A stretch of 42,809 nt of DNA from a virus. Taxonomy: Duplodnaviria; Caudoviricetes. Under the pieces are notes generated by a model. The model did not search any database. It saw only the letters and a list, made by a program, of their open reading frames with translations, and was not told the origin of the DNA. The position numbers were made by a program, and so were the translations under genes. The stretch spans positions 1 through 42,809 of IMG/VR virus record IMGVR_UViG_3300048857_000017, one strand, 5' to 3'. Of this stretch, positions 26,999 to 36,524 are shown piece by piece; position 1 is the first letter of the stretch, and every line of letters begins with the position of its first letter.

Positions 26999-27748
26999 AT
27001 GCCAGCACAGCCGCTCACCCCTGTCCAGCTCGCCGACGCCGCCCGCTTGCGTGCGCTCTACGAGCAATGGAAGCATGGCCGACGTGACGCCGGAGAACCC
27101 GCTTCCCAGGAAGTTGTCGCCGGCCTACTTGGATTCAACAGCCAAAGTTCGGTGAGTCAGTACGTCAACGGTCGCATTCCGCTCAATATCAGCGCACTGC
27201 TGAAGTTCTGCGAATTGCTCGCCGTTCAGCCCTCTGATATCAGTCCCGATCTCGCTGCAGAAATACAGCGGTTGGCCGGCGCGCTACCTGAGCCAGGTAC
27301 GCCGAAGGAGATCGACCCCGACACCGACCCCAACTTCGCCGCCATCCGCCAGGTGGTCTTCAAGATTTCGGCCGGCATCGCCGGCTTCTCAGTGGAATTC
27401 ACCGAGGAGGACGCCGAAGAGCCGCTTTTCCTGCCCCGCGGCTGGCTCGAGCGACGCGACCTGGACCCGACGAAGCTCTATGCCACCAGGGTGAACGGCA
27501 ACAGCATGGCGCCGGGTATTCGCAACGGCGACGTGATCGTGGTCGACACAGCCGACACAAGCCGGGAAAAGGATGCCATTGTGGCCGTTAATCACGAGGG
27601 TGAGCTCACCGTGAAACGGCTGAAATATGAGCATCGCCGGTGGTGGCTGACCTCAGATAACGCCGACCAGAAGAGCTACCCTCCGGTGCCGTGCGGGGAC
27701 GGGACGTATCTGCTGGGGCGCGTGGTGCATTTGCATCGAGAGTTGTAG
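26999..27748 (+). CDS. cI: CI repressor (HTH + S24 peptidase)
   Basis: HTH QEVVAGLLGFNSQSSVSQY, cleavage site SAG, catalytic GNSM and TVKRL. Confidence 0.92.
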   Translation: MPAQPLTPVQLADAARLRALYEQWKHGRRDAGEPASQEVVAGLLGFNSQSSVSQYVNGRIPLNISALLKFCELLAVQPSDISPDLAAEIQRLAGALPEPGTPKEIDPDTDPNFAAIRQVVFKISAGIAGFSVEFTEEDAEEPLFLPRGWLERRDLDPTKLYATRVNGNSMAPGIRNGDVIVVDTADTSREKDAIVAVNHEGELTVKRLKYEHRRWWLTSDNADQKSYPPVPCGDGTYLLGRVVHLHREL

Positions 27749-27834
27749 CCCAGCCCCCACTACGCCAAGACTTAGATCAACGCGCGGACCGCACGTCCGG
27801 CACGACGGTCAACTGTCCACGCAATAGGATTTAC

Positions 27835-28608
27835 ATGTCGATCGCCCTTCAACCAAAGACCAAAGTCAATGAAATTGGCAATGAAATCCGCGAGTTGCTG
27901 ATGGCTAGCTCGCGGTATCTCGACCGCAATGACTTCGCGGTTCGTCTTCTGTTGAAGAAGTGTGCAGAACTGACGAAGGTGGACGCGGCGCTTGGCCATG
28001 TCACCACCGCTCTAGCGCATCAGCTTTATGGGGATGCGGAGGGGATGGAGTATCATTTCCTCAACGCCAAGAGACTGAAACCCGACCAGGACGGCCAGTT
28101 CGATCACTTCTGGGCCCAGGCGTGTGCGAATTTGGGACGCTTTAGCAAAGCCCAAGCGTTGCTCAAGCAAACGCTCCTGCCGGAGCTTGGCTTTTTCACC
28201 TATCGGGCTCTACTGGCACCGCCTATTGGGGCTTTCCATCTGCTTCTCGAGCATTTTGATGGAGCTTTGCGGATGAATGTCCAACTGCCTGACGATTTTC
28301 CCATAGACGCCGTCCGACATGCCACAACTCTGCTGGATCGCGACGGAACGTCGGATTCGGACGTTGCTGCGATGCTTGACCTTATGGGAGAAGTGTTGCG
28401 GGACCGGCAACTGTTCTTCCTTGGGTACGGACCTAAGTGGGACGTTATCGAACACCCTGACTTGCAAATGGTGCACTTTCTGTTCCAGGTGGATGCCACG
28501 CCTACCGAAGTTGCCGATATGAACTTCGACTTAGCCACGAGGATCGCTGATCGGCTAGAACACATTCCTGAAGGGTTCCACGTCAGTTTCACTGGGCGCA
28601 AAGCATGA
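27835..28608 (+). CDS. Hypothetical protein with helical/TPR-like N-terminal half
   Basis: 257 aa, lower GC, ATGA overlap with the HEPN gene. Confidence 0.7.
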   Translation: MSIALQPKTKVNEIGNEIRELLMASSRYLDRNDFAVRLLLKKCAELTKVDAALGHVTTALAHQLYGDAEGMEYHFLNAKRLKPDQDGQFDHFWAQACANLGRFSKAQALLKQTLLPELGFFTYRALLAPPIGAFHLLLEHFDGALRMNVQLPDDFPIDAVRHATTLLDRDGTSDSDVAAMLDLMGEVLRDRQLFFLGYGPKWDVIEHPDLQMVHFLFQVDATPTEVADMNFDLATRIADRLEHIPEGFHVSFTGRKA

Positions 28609-29036
28609 GCGTTACCTCGGACCATATTTTCTCAGCGGGCGAGAAAGTTTTACTCACGGCCGATTGCGAAGGCGACTGGAGGGGAGCGATCGGGCGCTTC
28701 TACTACGCCGTCCACCACCAAGCAAAATTGTTTCACGATGCGCTGCCTTCGCCCGGCGCCAGTACTAGCGATCGTGGCAGCCACGACACGCTTTGTTCGC
28801 AACTGCAAAATCCCACCATTCCTCGCAGCGACCCCAATCATACGAAGTCGAAGCAGATCGGGTATATGAGCAAGACACTGTTGGGCCTACGTATTAAGGC
28901 GGACTATTGGGTAGCTGAAAACGTCTCGAAGGGAGAAGCGACAGAAGCCCGCGAGATAGCTCGTCGCACTCTTGGGTTGGCTACGCCGCAAGCTGCCGCT
29001 CTCTACAACAAAGCGGCCCGCGACGCGGCTTCTTAA
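28605..29036 (+). CDS. HEPN-superfamily protein (UPF0332-like)
   Basis: AIGRFYYAVHH...GSH...LRIKADY matches the HEPN RxYYA / H / RxxADY pattern. Confidence 0.7.
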   Translation: MSVTSDHIFSAGEKVLLTADCEGDWRGAIGRFYYAVHHQAKLFHDALPSPGASTSDRGSHDTLCSQLQNPTIPRSDPNHTKSKQIGYMSKTLLGLRIKADYWVAENVSKGEATEAREIARRTLGLATPQAAALYNKAARDAAS

Positions 29037-29038
29037 TA

Positions 29039-29250
29039 TCACGGCTTCGCGATCTCGGACACCGCCGCCCTCACCTCTTCCCTCACGACTTGGCGCACAG
29101 CGTCAAGGTTGGCCATGTCCTCCGCAGCCATCGATTGCTGAACCCGCCACAATCTCAGCATTGGCGGACCGCCCATTCTGAGCCGCTATCTCATTGATCT
29201 CGTCGCCATGTCGAGGTGGTAGACGCCACTGCGCCACGGGCGCCACGGAG
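29039..29250 (-). pseudogene. Frameshifted Arc-family DNA-binding protein remnant
   Basis: RLPPRHGDEINEIAAQNGRSANAEIVA in one frame continues as VQQSMAAEDMANLDAVRQVVREEVRAAVSEIAKP* in another. No clear start. Confidence 0.55.
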
Positions 29251-29271
29251 CCCAGCTCCCTGCTGAAAAGC

Positions 29272-30060
29272 TCACAGGACCGGTTCCTGCCGATCTGTAT
29301 GGGGCACGCTAAAGTGCGGATTAACGTACGTATTGCGCACCCGGCGCGATACCTTGAGATAGATGGTCCAAACAGCAGCGTAGGCGAGTACTCCGATCTG
29401 TCCCCCCACGGCCTGGGCGCTAAACAATTCCTCGGCCTTCGCTCCCAAGATTGTCGCCTGCTCAAAAAGGATGCAGATTGCGCCAATCGGCCCGGACAGC
29501 CAGAGCATCCATATCGCGAACCGAACAGTCTGGGGCCGGTGATCGTTACGCAATCGCCATCCACCGGCAATGCTTGCGGCACACGCCGCCGCAATAGTGG
29601 ACCAGATGACTAGCTTGTATGTGTTCCAGAGCGGTACTTTGAGCAGCGCTGGATAGAATGCCTCTGTATCGTGGATGGCGTTCATCGTCTCTGCGACGTT
29701 GCGCAAAGGGCCTAGGACCAGCATTCCAATTACTAGGAGAAGAAGCCATCCGTTAACGCCGGCAGGCCCTGAACTTCTAGCCGATGCGACGTCAGGCTTT
29801 CCTTTTGTCTTCCTCCAGATTCGAAAGTCGCGCGGGCGAACCAAGCCATCAGCGCCAGCAAGGTTCCCCGAAAATCCCACGAGTACCCAAGCGATCCCCT
29901 GCAACACGACGAAAATAATGCCGCCGATGCCTATGAAAACGAGGGCTTCACCGACGCTTCCTGCGCTAAGCGCCCCTGTTACTGCTGAAATGGCCAGAGC
30001 GAGCCAAGCTATAACGGAAATTATGCGGATCAGCCGCCTAATGCCCTCTTGCGCATTCAT
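29272..30060 (-). CDS. Multi-pass membrane protein with DUF2569-like C-terminal domain
   Basis: GVNGWLLLLVIG...WTIYLKVSRRVRNTY, about six TM helices. Confidence 0.7.
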   Translation of the reverse strand: MNAQEGIRRLIRIISVIAWLALAISAVTGALSAGSVGEALVFIGIGGIIFVVLQGIAWVLVGFSGNLAGADGLVRPRDFRIWRKTKGKPDVASARSSGPAGVNGWLLLLVIGMLVLGPLRNVAETMNAIHDTEAFYPALLKVPLWNTYKLVIWSTIAAACAASIAGGWRLRNDHRPQTVRFAIWMLWLSGPIGAICILFEQATILGAKAEELFSAQAVGGQIGVLAYAAVWTIYLKVSRRVRNTYVNPHFSVPHTDRQEPVL

Positions 30061-30181
30061 GATCTGCCCTCTAGCGACGAAGCAAAGACATATTTGTACC
30101 ATGTAGATACATTCAGCAGCACCACTGACACCGAAAAGTTAGCGGGTACGCTGTTATGCGTTTCCGGCGGAACACGTTTGT

Positions 30182-30442
30182 CTAACGCCCCGCGACTAGG
30201 GTACATACGACTACCGCGCCCCATAGGGACCTCTCCAACCTGCCGCGCACCTCCCCACCGTGGCGCAGATGACGAACCAACTCGGCCGACCTCACCTCGC
30301 CAATTCTCCGTCCTGTATCGGCCAGCTTGGCCGTTACGCGATCGCCCTGCAGGCCAAGCTGCAGCACTGCTCCGTCCTTGGCCGGCTTGATCGACACGCC
30401 GTCCACCGCCTCCAGAGCGGCAATGATTTGCTCGGTACGCAT
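30182..30442 (-). CDS. Hypothetical protein (86 aa)
   Basis: AAGGAAG RBS, divergent from PL. Confidence 0.55.
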   Translation of the reverse strand: MRTEQIIAALEAVDGVSIKPAKDGAVLQLGLQGDRVTAKLADTGRRIGEVRSAELVRHLRHGGEVRGRLERSLWGAVVVCTLVAGR

Positions 30443-30543
30443 TCTTCTTCCTTTCTCGGGTTCGGATGCCCGTATGCGGAAGTATGAATCAGACCAATCC
30501 GATCAGCCATAGGTAGGCGTCCGGCCGCGGAGTTACAAAATAA

Positions 30544-30585
30544 ATTAGTCGGACTGTTGATTTGCAAATCAGTCCGACTGATAAT
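30544..30585 (+). promoter_or_regulatory. OL operators and PL
   Basis: ATTAGTCGGACTGTT (30544) and ATCAGTCCGACTGAT (30568) match OR. TTGATT-17-GATAAT. Confidence 0.85.
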
Positions 30586-30619
30586 TCCTCCAGCGCGTCA
30601 CCCGACGCGAAGGAGACCG

Positions 30620-30934
30620 ATGGTGATCCTGACCCACCAACAAGCCGCCGCCGTGCTGACCGTGATCGATTCCGGCGGTACGGGCACCGTGACGTTCAAA
30701 GGAGAAGACTGCGCGCTCGTCTCGTTCAAGGACAGCGGCGCTGTCTTCGTCGCCTTGTTCTGCGACGACGGTCGTCGCGACCTGCAAGAAGCGTATGCAA
30801 CCTTCGCGCATTTCCGTCTGGCCTATACCGAGGCCGCGCCTGACTTTGCCCGTGCGGCCGCTCACTACATCCCCATGGCCGCCAAGGCCAAGACGTTGGC
30901 GCAGCACGTCGCCGCCGGCGAAGGCCGCAACTGA
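30620..30934 (+). CDS. Hypothetical protein, first PL gene
   Basis: AAGGAG RBS before ATG 30620. Confidence 0.7.
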   Translation: MVILTHQQAAAVLTVIDSGGTGTVTFKGEDCALVSFKDSGAVFVALFCDDGRRDLQEAYATFAHFRLAYTEAAPDFARAAAHYIPMAAKAKTLAQHVAAGEGRN

Positions 30935-30935
30935 C

Positions 30936-31043
30936 ATGGTCGGCGTCGCCCTCTTCTCCATCGCGGTCGTCTACGCCCTCGCCTGCCTGGGCGACCACGT
31001 GATGCGCCTTCACCGCGACACCGATCCGTGGAGCCCCCGATGA
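30936..31043 (+). CDS. Small membrane peptide (35 aa)
   Basis: MVGVALFSIAVVYALACLG..., tightly packed with its neighbours. Confidence 0.5.
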   Translation: MVGVALFSIAVVYALACLGDHVMRLHRDTDPWSPR

Positions 31044-31177
31044 AGGCCGCTGTCCGCTTCCTTCGCGTCCACGGCGAAACCCTTATCTACGCCGCCGCGA
31101 TCGTGCTGGCCCTGGCCGTACTCGGCCCGACCCTGGACCGCTACGACGCCGAACACGCCCAGACTGCCCAAAGGTAA
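31040..31177 (+). CDS. Small membrane peptide (45 aa)
   Basis: MKAAVRFLRVHGETLIYAAAIVLALAVLGPTLDRYD..., ATGA overlap. Confidence 0.55.
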   Translation: MKAAVRFLRVHGETLIYAAAIVLALAVLGPTLDRYDAEHAQTAQR

Positions 31178-31180
31178 GCC

Positions 31181-31555
31181 ATGACTCCTACCGAACTCGC
31201 TCGCGCCTGGCTTGCTGCCAAGGCTGCCGAAAACCAAGCCTCCAAGCGTCGCCAGGAAGTGGAGGCCCAGATCATCAATCTGCTCGGCGCCAAGGAAGAA
31301 GGCAGCAAGACGCACGACGTGGAGGGCTTCAAGGTGACGATCACCGGCAAGCTTTCCTATAAGGCGGACGTTCCGCTGCTCACCAACCTTTGCGACAAGG
31401 TGCCGACGGAGCTGCGCCCGCTCAAGGTCGAAACCAAGCTGGACGAAACGGGCGCGAAGTGCCTGCGGGCCAACGAGCCCGAGATTTGGGCGTTGATCGC
31501 CCCTGCCATCACCATCACCCCGGCGAAAACCGCCCTCTCCATCAAGGAAGCCTGA
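31181..31555 (+). CDS. Hypothetical protein of the recombination module
   Basis: 124 aa, typical codon usage, directly precedes the AAA_24 gene. Confidence 0.75.
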   Translation: MTPTELARAWLAAKAAENQASKRRQEVEAQIINLLGAKEEGSKTHDVEGFKVTITGKLSYKADVPLLTNLCDKVPTELRPLKVETKLDETGAKCLRANEPEIWALIAPAITITPAKTALSIKEA

Positions 31556-31556
31556 C

Positions 31557-32366
31557 ATGGCCATCTCTCTCGCATCGCTCAAGCGCGTGTCCAACGACCG
31601 CCCACCCATCATCTGCGTCCACGGCGGACCCGGCATCGGCAAAACCACATTCGCCGCCATGTCGGAAGACTGCGTGTTCATTCGGACCGAAGACGGCCTG
31701 GGCAACCTGGAGGCTACGGCATTCCCTATCGCCACCAGCTTCGCGGACGTCATGGAGGCTATCGGCTCCCTGGCAGGTGAAGAGCACAGCTTCCGCTGGG
31801 TCGTGCTCGATTCCCTGTCCGCGCTTGAGCCGCTGATTTGGGACGCCGTAGCGAAAGATGAAGGCAAGAAAAGCGTCGAAGACCTGGGCTACGGCAAAGG
31901 CTACGTCATGGCGCTCGACCGCTGGCGCGAAATGCTGGACGCCCTGGCGTACCTTGCCGCCGAGAAGAAGGTCGGCTCCATCCTGATCGCCCATAGTGAC
32001 ATCGTGCGCCATGAGCCGCCCGAGATGGCGGCCTACGACCGCACCCAGATCAAGTTGCACAAGCGTGCCTTCCAACTGGTGTACGAACGCGCCGACATCA
32101 TCGGCTATGCGGCGCCGGAAGTCTTCCTGTCCAAGGACGGCGACCCGAAGTCCCTCAAAGGTGCCCGCAACATCGCCACCAGCAGCGGCCAACGCTGGCT
32201 GCATCTGGTCGAAAAGCCCGCCTTCATCGCCAAGAACCGCTATCAGATGCCGGAGAAGTTGGCGCTTTCCTGGCCGGAATTTCATGCCGAACTGATGGCG
32301 CGCGCTACGGGCCAGACCGTAGCCGGCCAGGCCAAATCTGCCGAACCCGCGGCGCAAGCCGCCTAA
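31557..32366 (+). CDS. AAA_24 / Sak4-like ATPase
   Basis: GGPGIGKTT, TEDG, VVLDSL, GYGKGY, IAKNRY. Confidence 0.85.
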   Translation: MAISLASLKRVSNDRPPIICVHGGPGIGKTTFAAMSEDCVFIRTEDGLGNLEATAFPIATSFADVMEAIGSLAGEEHSFRWVVLDSLSALEPLIWDAVAKDEGKKSVEDLGYGKGYVMALDRWREMLDALAYLAAEKKVGSILIAHSDIVRHEPPEMAAYDRTQIKLHKRAFQLVYERADIIGYAAPEVFLSKDGDPKSLKGARNIATSSGQRWLHLVEKPAFIAKNRYQMPEKLALSWPEFHAELMARATGQTVAGQAKSAEPAAQAA

Positions 32367-32381
32367 CCCAAGGAGGCCACC

Positions 32382-32852
32382 ATGGCCCAGATGAACTTCG
32401 ACGCGACCACCGTCGCCCCTCAACAATCGTTCTCTCCCATCCCGGCCGGCGTCTACGCCGCACAGATTGTCGACAGCGATGTGAAACCCCTGAAATCCGG
32501 TAAAGGTACGGGCCTGTCCCTGACCTTCGAAGTGCTGGATGGCGAGTACAAGGGACGCAAAGTCTTCGGCAACCTGAATGTCCAGCACACCAACGCCCAG
32601 GCGCAGGAAATCGCCCAGGCCCAGTTGTCGGCGCTGTGCCATGCCACCGGCGTCATCAAGCTGCAGGACTCCAGCCAGTTGCACAACAAGCCCATCCGCA
32701 TGCGTGTGAAGGTCCGCACGCAGGACGGCTACGAGCCCCGCAACGAGGTCACGGGCTTCGAGGCGCTGGGAACCGCCACCGCGGCCGTTCCTGGAGCCGT
32801 CATCGCGGCCCAGCAGGCGCCGGCGCGCACCGCCCCCTGGAAGCGGGCGTAA
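32382..32852 (+). CDS. DUF669 family ssDNA-binding-like protein
   Basis: PIPAGVY...LTFEVLDGEYKGRKVF...LSALCHATG...NEV. Confidence 0.85.
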   Translation: MAQMNFDATTVAPQQSFSPIPAGVYAAQIVDSDVKPLKSGKGTGLSLTFEVLDGEYKGRKVFGNLNVQHTNAQAQEIAQAQLSALCHATGVIKLQDSSQLHNKPIRMRVKVRTQDGYEPRNEVTGFEALGTATAAVPGAVIAAQQAPARTAPWKRA

Positions 32853-32854
32853 TC

Positions 32855-33907
32855 ATGGCGGCCATCGAGGACCCTCGCTTTCGCACGGCCCAGGCGATCT
32901 ACGCCTGGTACGAGCGCAATGCCGACGATGGCCATCGGCCGCACCTGGGTGCCAGTTTGATCGGCCACCCTTGTGCGCGCCATCTTTGGCTTACCTTCCG
33001 GTGGGCGTATGGCAAGAAGTTCAGCGGCAGGATGCTGCGCCTCTTTGACACCGGCCAGCGCGAAGAGGCGCGAATCGTGGCAGAGCTGCGCGCCATCGGT
33101 TGCGAAGTCCACGACGCCGAGCCGGACGGCCGGCAGTTCAGGGTTGAAACGCTGGGCGGCCATTTCTCCGGCAGCCTGGACGCAGCGATCAAAGGCTTGC
33201 CTGAGGCACCAGGAACTTGGCACGTCGGCGAATTCAAGACGCACAACGAGAAGTCCTTCGCCGACCTGAAGAACCACGGCGTGGAGAAGTCGAAACCCAT
33301 GCACTACGCGCAAATGATGACCTACATGGGCCTGACCGGCATGGAGCGGGCTTTCTACTTCGCCGTCAACAAAGATACCGACGAGATCTACACCGAGCGC
33401 GTGGAGTTCTCGCAGGACAAGTTCAAGCGCTTGGTGGACCGCGCCGAGTCGATCATCTTCGCCGCCAATCCGCCGGCGCGCATCAGCGAGGACCCGTCCT
33501 GGTACCAGTGCAAGATGTGCGACCACCGCGAACTTTGCCATGGCGTGCAGATCGCGGAGCCCAATTGCCGTACCTGCGCCCATGTCACCCCGGCGCGCGA
33601 CGGCACATGGCAATGCGAGCGGCACGGTCGGACGTTGGACGTGCCGGCCCAGAAGCAGGCGTGCCAGGCGCACCGCTTCATTCCCATTCTGCTGGAGCGG
33701 CTTGGCGAGCAGGTGGACGCCAGCCAGGAAGAGAACTGGATCCGGTACCGGAACAGGAAGACCGGCGCCTGCTTTACGAATGGCACGCCGCCGGCCGGGT
33801 TCAGCAGCCTGGAGATCCACGCCGCCCAGGATATCGGCGCTCTGGATGATGCCGACGAAACGCTGCACACGCTGCGCGACGCATTCGGCGGGAGGATCGT
33901 CGCGTGA
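32855..33907 (+). CDS. Cas4-like PD-(D/E)XK exonuclease
   Basis: HLGASLIGHPCAR, GSLDA, EFKT, HYAQMMTY, CKMC...C. Confidence 0.85.
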   Translation: MAAIEDPRFRTAQAIYAWYERNADDGHRPHLGASLIGHPCARHLWLTFRWAYGKKFSGRMLRLFDTGQREEARIVAELRAIGCEVHDAEPDGRQFRVETLGGHFSGSLDAAIKGLPEAPGTWHVGEFKTHNEKSFADLKNHGVEKSKPMHYAQMMTYMGLTGMERAFYFAVNKDTDEIYTERVEFSQDKFKRLVDRAESIIFAANPPARISEDPSWYQCKMCDHRELCHGVQIAEPNCRTCAHVTPARDGTWQCERHGRTLDVPAQKQACQAHRFIPILLERLGEQVDASQEENWIRYRNRKTGACFTNGTPPAGFSSLEIHAAQDIGALDDADETLHTLRDAFGGRIVA

Positions 33908-35577
33908 GTATTGCCTTGCGAGCCTACCAATCCACCGCCATCGAGGAATTGCTGGCCTGGTGGGACACCCATCCCGGCCAGGGCCAGATCCCCATCGCCG
34001 TGCTGCCGACCGGCGCCGGCAAGTCAATCATCATCGCCGACATGGTCCGCCAGCTCTTCGCGCTGTGGCCGGAATACCACCCGCGCACCCTGGTCATCGT
34101 GCCGTCCAAGGAGCTGGCCGAGCAGAACGCTGAAAAGCTAGCTACGGTGCTGCCGTCGCATCTGCGGATCGGGTACTACAGCGCCAGCGTGGGCAAGAAA
34201 GATCCGACCGCCGACGTCATCGTGGCCACCATCGGCAGCGTCGCCAAGCAAGCGCACATCCTGGGCAATATCTGCTGCGTTCTGGTGGACGAGTGCCACC
34301 TGATTTCCCCGGACGGCGCCGGACAGTATCGGTCCTTCCTGATTGAACTGGCCCGCTACTGCCAGTTCCGCACGGCTGGCCTGACGGCCACGCCGTTCCG
34401 CGGAAACGGCATCTGGCTGACCGATGGGAAGGCACCGCTTTTCACCGGCATCGCCACCGAGGTACGGCTGCGCCAGCTGCTGGACGATGCCTACCTGTCG
34501 CCCCTGGTGCGCCCTGTGGACGTCCTGGAACAGATCGACGCCAGTGGCGTGGAAGTATCGAAAGCCACCGGCGACTACGACCTGCACCAGTTGTCCGAAG
34601 TGGTGGACGCCTATATCGAGTCCGCGGCCCGCCAGTCGGTACGGATCGCCTTTGACCGGAAAAAGTGGATCGCCTTCTGTCCGACAGTGGCGAACGCCGA
34701 GAAGCTGGCGCGCGCACTCAACACGCTGGGCGTCGTTACGCAGGTTGTCACCGGCGAAACGCCCAAGGCCGTGCGTGAAAGCCTGATCGGCCAGTTCCGC
34801 GCCGGCAAGATCCGCTGCTTGGTCACGGTTCTGGCCCTGGCGACCGGCTTCGATGTCCCGGACGTGGATTGCATTCTGTGGCTGCGACCGACGAAATCGC
34901 CGGTGCTGTACGTCCAGGGTGCCGGTCGCGGCATGCGCATCGCTCCAGGCAAGAAGGACTGCCTGTGGCTGGACTTCTCGGACACCACTGCCCGCCTGGG
35001 TCCGCTCGACAAGATCCGTGGCCGCGCCAAGCGTTCCAGCAATCCCGGCATGGCGCCCTTCGCTGTCTGCGACGACTGCGGAGCCCAGGTGCGGCCCGCC
35101 AGCCTGTTGGTGTGCCCGGAATGCGGCTTTGTCATGCGCGAGGAAGAGGCGCCGTCAGCCAGGAAGGTGAGCGACGCCGCGGTGCTCGCCAGCCAAGTCA
35201 GGCAGAAGATCAACCGCTACGAGATCGACCGCGTCCAGTACGCCAAGCACGAAAAGGCCGGCTCGCCGCCGTCCCTGCGCGTCGAGTACTGGGCCGGCTA
35301 CCGCTGCGTAGCGCGGGAGTGGGTGTGTCTCTCGCACGCGGGCTATGCGCTTGCCAAGGCGAGGTCGTGGTTCTCGGATCGGTCGCCCGCTGGCTACAGC
35401 CATCTTCCGGGATCGGTCGACCAGGCGCTGGAGTGGCTAGACACCGGCTTCGAACTGCGCCAGCCCTCAGCCATCGTGGTCAACGAGACCGCGAAGTTCC
35501 CGGAGATCGTTTCGTATGAATGGAATTCAACTGCAGACGCAAGTGACGGCGCTGCGCGCGATGTTATCGAGGCTTGA
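33904..35577 (+). CDS. SF2 DEAD/DEAH helicase (RadD/YejH-like) with Zn finger
   Basis: LPTGAGKS, DECH, LTATP, TGFDVP, QGAGRGMR, CDDC...CPEC. Confidence 0.92.
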   Translation: MSIALRAYQSTAIEELLAWWDTHPGQGQIPIAVLPTGAGKSIIIADMVRQLFALWPEYHPRTLVIVPSKELAEQNAEKLATVLPSHLRIGYYSASVGKKDPTADVIVATIGSVAKQAHILGNICCVLVDECHLISPDGAGQYRSFLIELARYCQFRTAGLTATPFRGNGIWLTDGKAPLFTGIATEVRLRQLLDDAYLSPLVRPVDVLEQIDASGVEVSKATGDYDLHQLSEVVDAYIESAARQSVRIAFDRKKWIAFCPTVANAEKLARALNTLGVVTQVVTGETPKAVRESLIGQFRAGKIRCLVTVLALATGFDVPDVDCILWLRPTKSPVLYVQGAGRGMRIAPGKKDCLWLDFSDTTARLGPLDKIRGRAKRSSNPGMAPFAVCDDCGAQVRPASLLVCPECGFVMREEEAPSARKVSDAAVLASQVRQKINRYEIDRVQYAKHEKAGSPPSLRVEYWAGYRCVAREWVCLSHAGYALAKARSWFSDRSPAGYSHLPGSVDQALEWLDTGFELRQPSAIVVNETAKFPEIVSYEWNSTADASDGAARDVIEA

Positions 35578-35710
35578 GGCGATCCATGTTTCCTGCAAAA
35601 CCTGTTCTCAGTTCAGTGGCACGACGTGCAAGCGGTATGGAGAAATGCCGCCTGCCGATGTGGTCACCCAAGGGTGCGACGAGTGGGAGTTTGATGGGGT
35701 GCCGTTTTGA
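35516..35710 (+). CDS. Small Cys-rich protein
   Basis: CKTC...C...GCDEWEFDGVPF. Confidence 0.7.
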   Translation: MNGIQLQTQVTALRAMLSRLEAIHVSCKTCSQFSGTTCKRYGEMPPADVVTQGCDEWEFDGVPF

Positions 35711-35714
35711 AATG

Positions 35715-36419
35715 TTAAGCGTTCGCGTCAACGTCTTCGAGATGAGCCCGCATCTGCAGCTCAGTGACTCGCTGACGCAGCCGTTCGTGAGAACCAATAA
35801 GAGCGCAAACCCGAAAATCCTGGTTCTCAGTGCCAAGAACAAGCGCGACTTCTTTCCCCAGTCGTTCGATGCGCATCAACTCTTCGTCACAGAAGTCCCA
35901 AAAGTTCGGCGTGCTAGCGCCGTCCCACGGAATCCTTTTCACGAAACTCAACAGTTTCGGAAGGCCCCCGAGAACCCTAGCAATCGCTTCTGCTTCACCT
36001 TGCGGAAGCTGGCGGAGATTCGGCCTTTCAGAGCGCAATACATCCAAGGACACCGCCGCAGCTTCCCGCTGAATACGCTCCCAAGTACGCTGCTTCGCGC
36101 GCTCAGGCACATCTGGATCAATCATCCGTTGGAAGATCGATGGCAAGCCGCTGAGGAAGTTAAGCAGATCGACAAGCTCGTCATGGACGATCTGCTTGAT
36201 CATCGCCGCCTCGAAACGACGGCCCTGTTCCCTGGCTCTCCTTTCCTTATCTGCCAGCCACAGAGCAATGGCTGCAGCGGCCGCCGTTCCCAGCGCGCTC
36301 ACTATCTCCCACCAATGAGAACCTCCAACCCAGTCAGCACCATCGAATATCAGCTGACCGGCGAGCACCATTGCGGCACCCAACGACACATTGAAGACGA
36401 AATCCGCGCGGCGTTCCAT
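35715..36419 (-). CDS. Accessory membrane-anchored protein (2 N-terminal TM + helical domain)
   Basis: GGGAGAGGGG RBS, WWEIVSALGTAAAAAIALWL, own promoter. Confidence 0.75.
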   Translation of the reverse strand: MERRADFVFNVSLGAAMVLAGQLIFDGADWVGGSHWWEIVSALGTAAAAAIALWLADKERRAREQGRRFEAAMIKQIVHDELVDLLNFLSGLPSIFQRMIDPDVPERAKQRTWERIQREAAAVSLDVLRSERPNLRQLPQGEAEAIARVLGGLPKLLSFVKRIPWDGASTPNFWDFCDEELMRIERLGKEVALVLGTENQDFRVCALIGSHERLRQRVTELQMRAHLEDVDANA

Positions 36420-36524
36420 TCCCCTCTCCCAAGGCGTGAACGGCGGCAATCGTACTCCGGGCCGCGCTCCGGTGTCAGCCCTTGGTGGGCGCAACGGACG
36501 CAGGAGGTGAATGGATCGGATGTA

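Noticed and set aside
32855-33907. Cas4-like gene as a sign of CRISPR-Cas
   Set aside because: No cas1/cas2 and no repeat-spacer array. It sits in a standard phage recombination module.
31010-34027. Long minus-strand ORFs over the recombination genes
   Set aside because: Shadows of well-supported plus-strand genes with no protein-like motifs.
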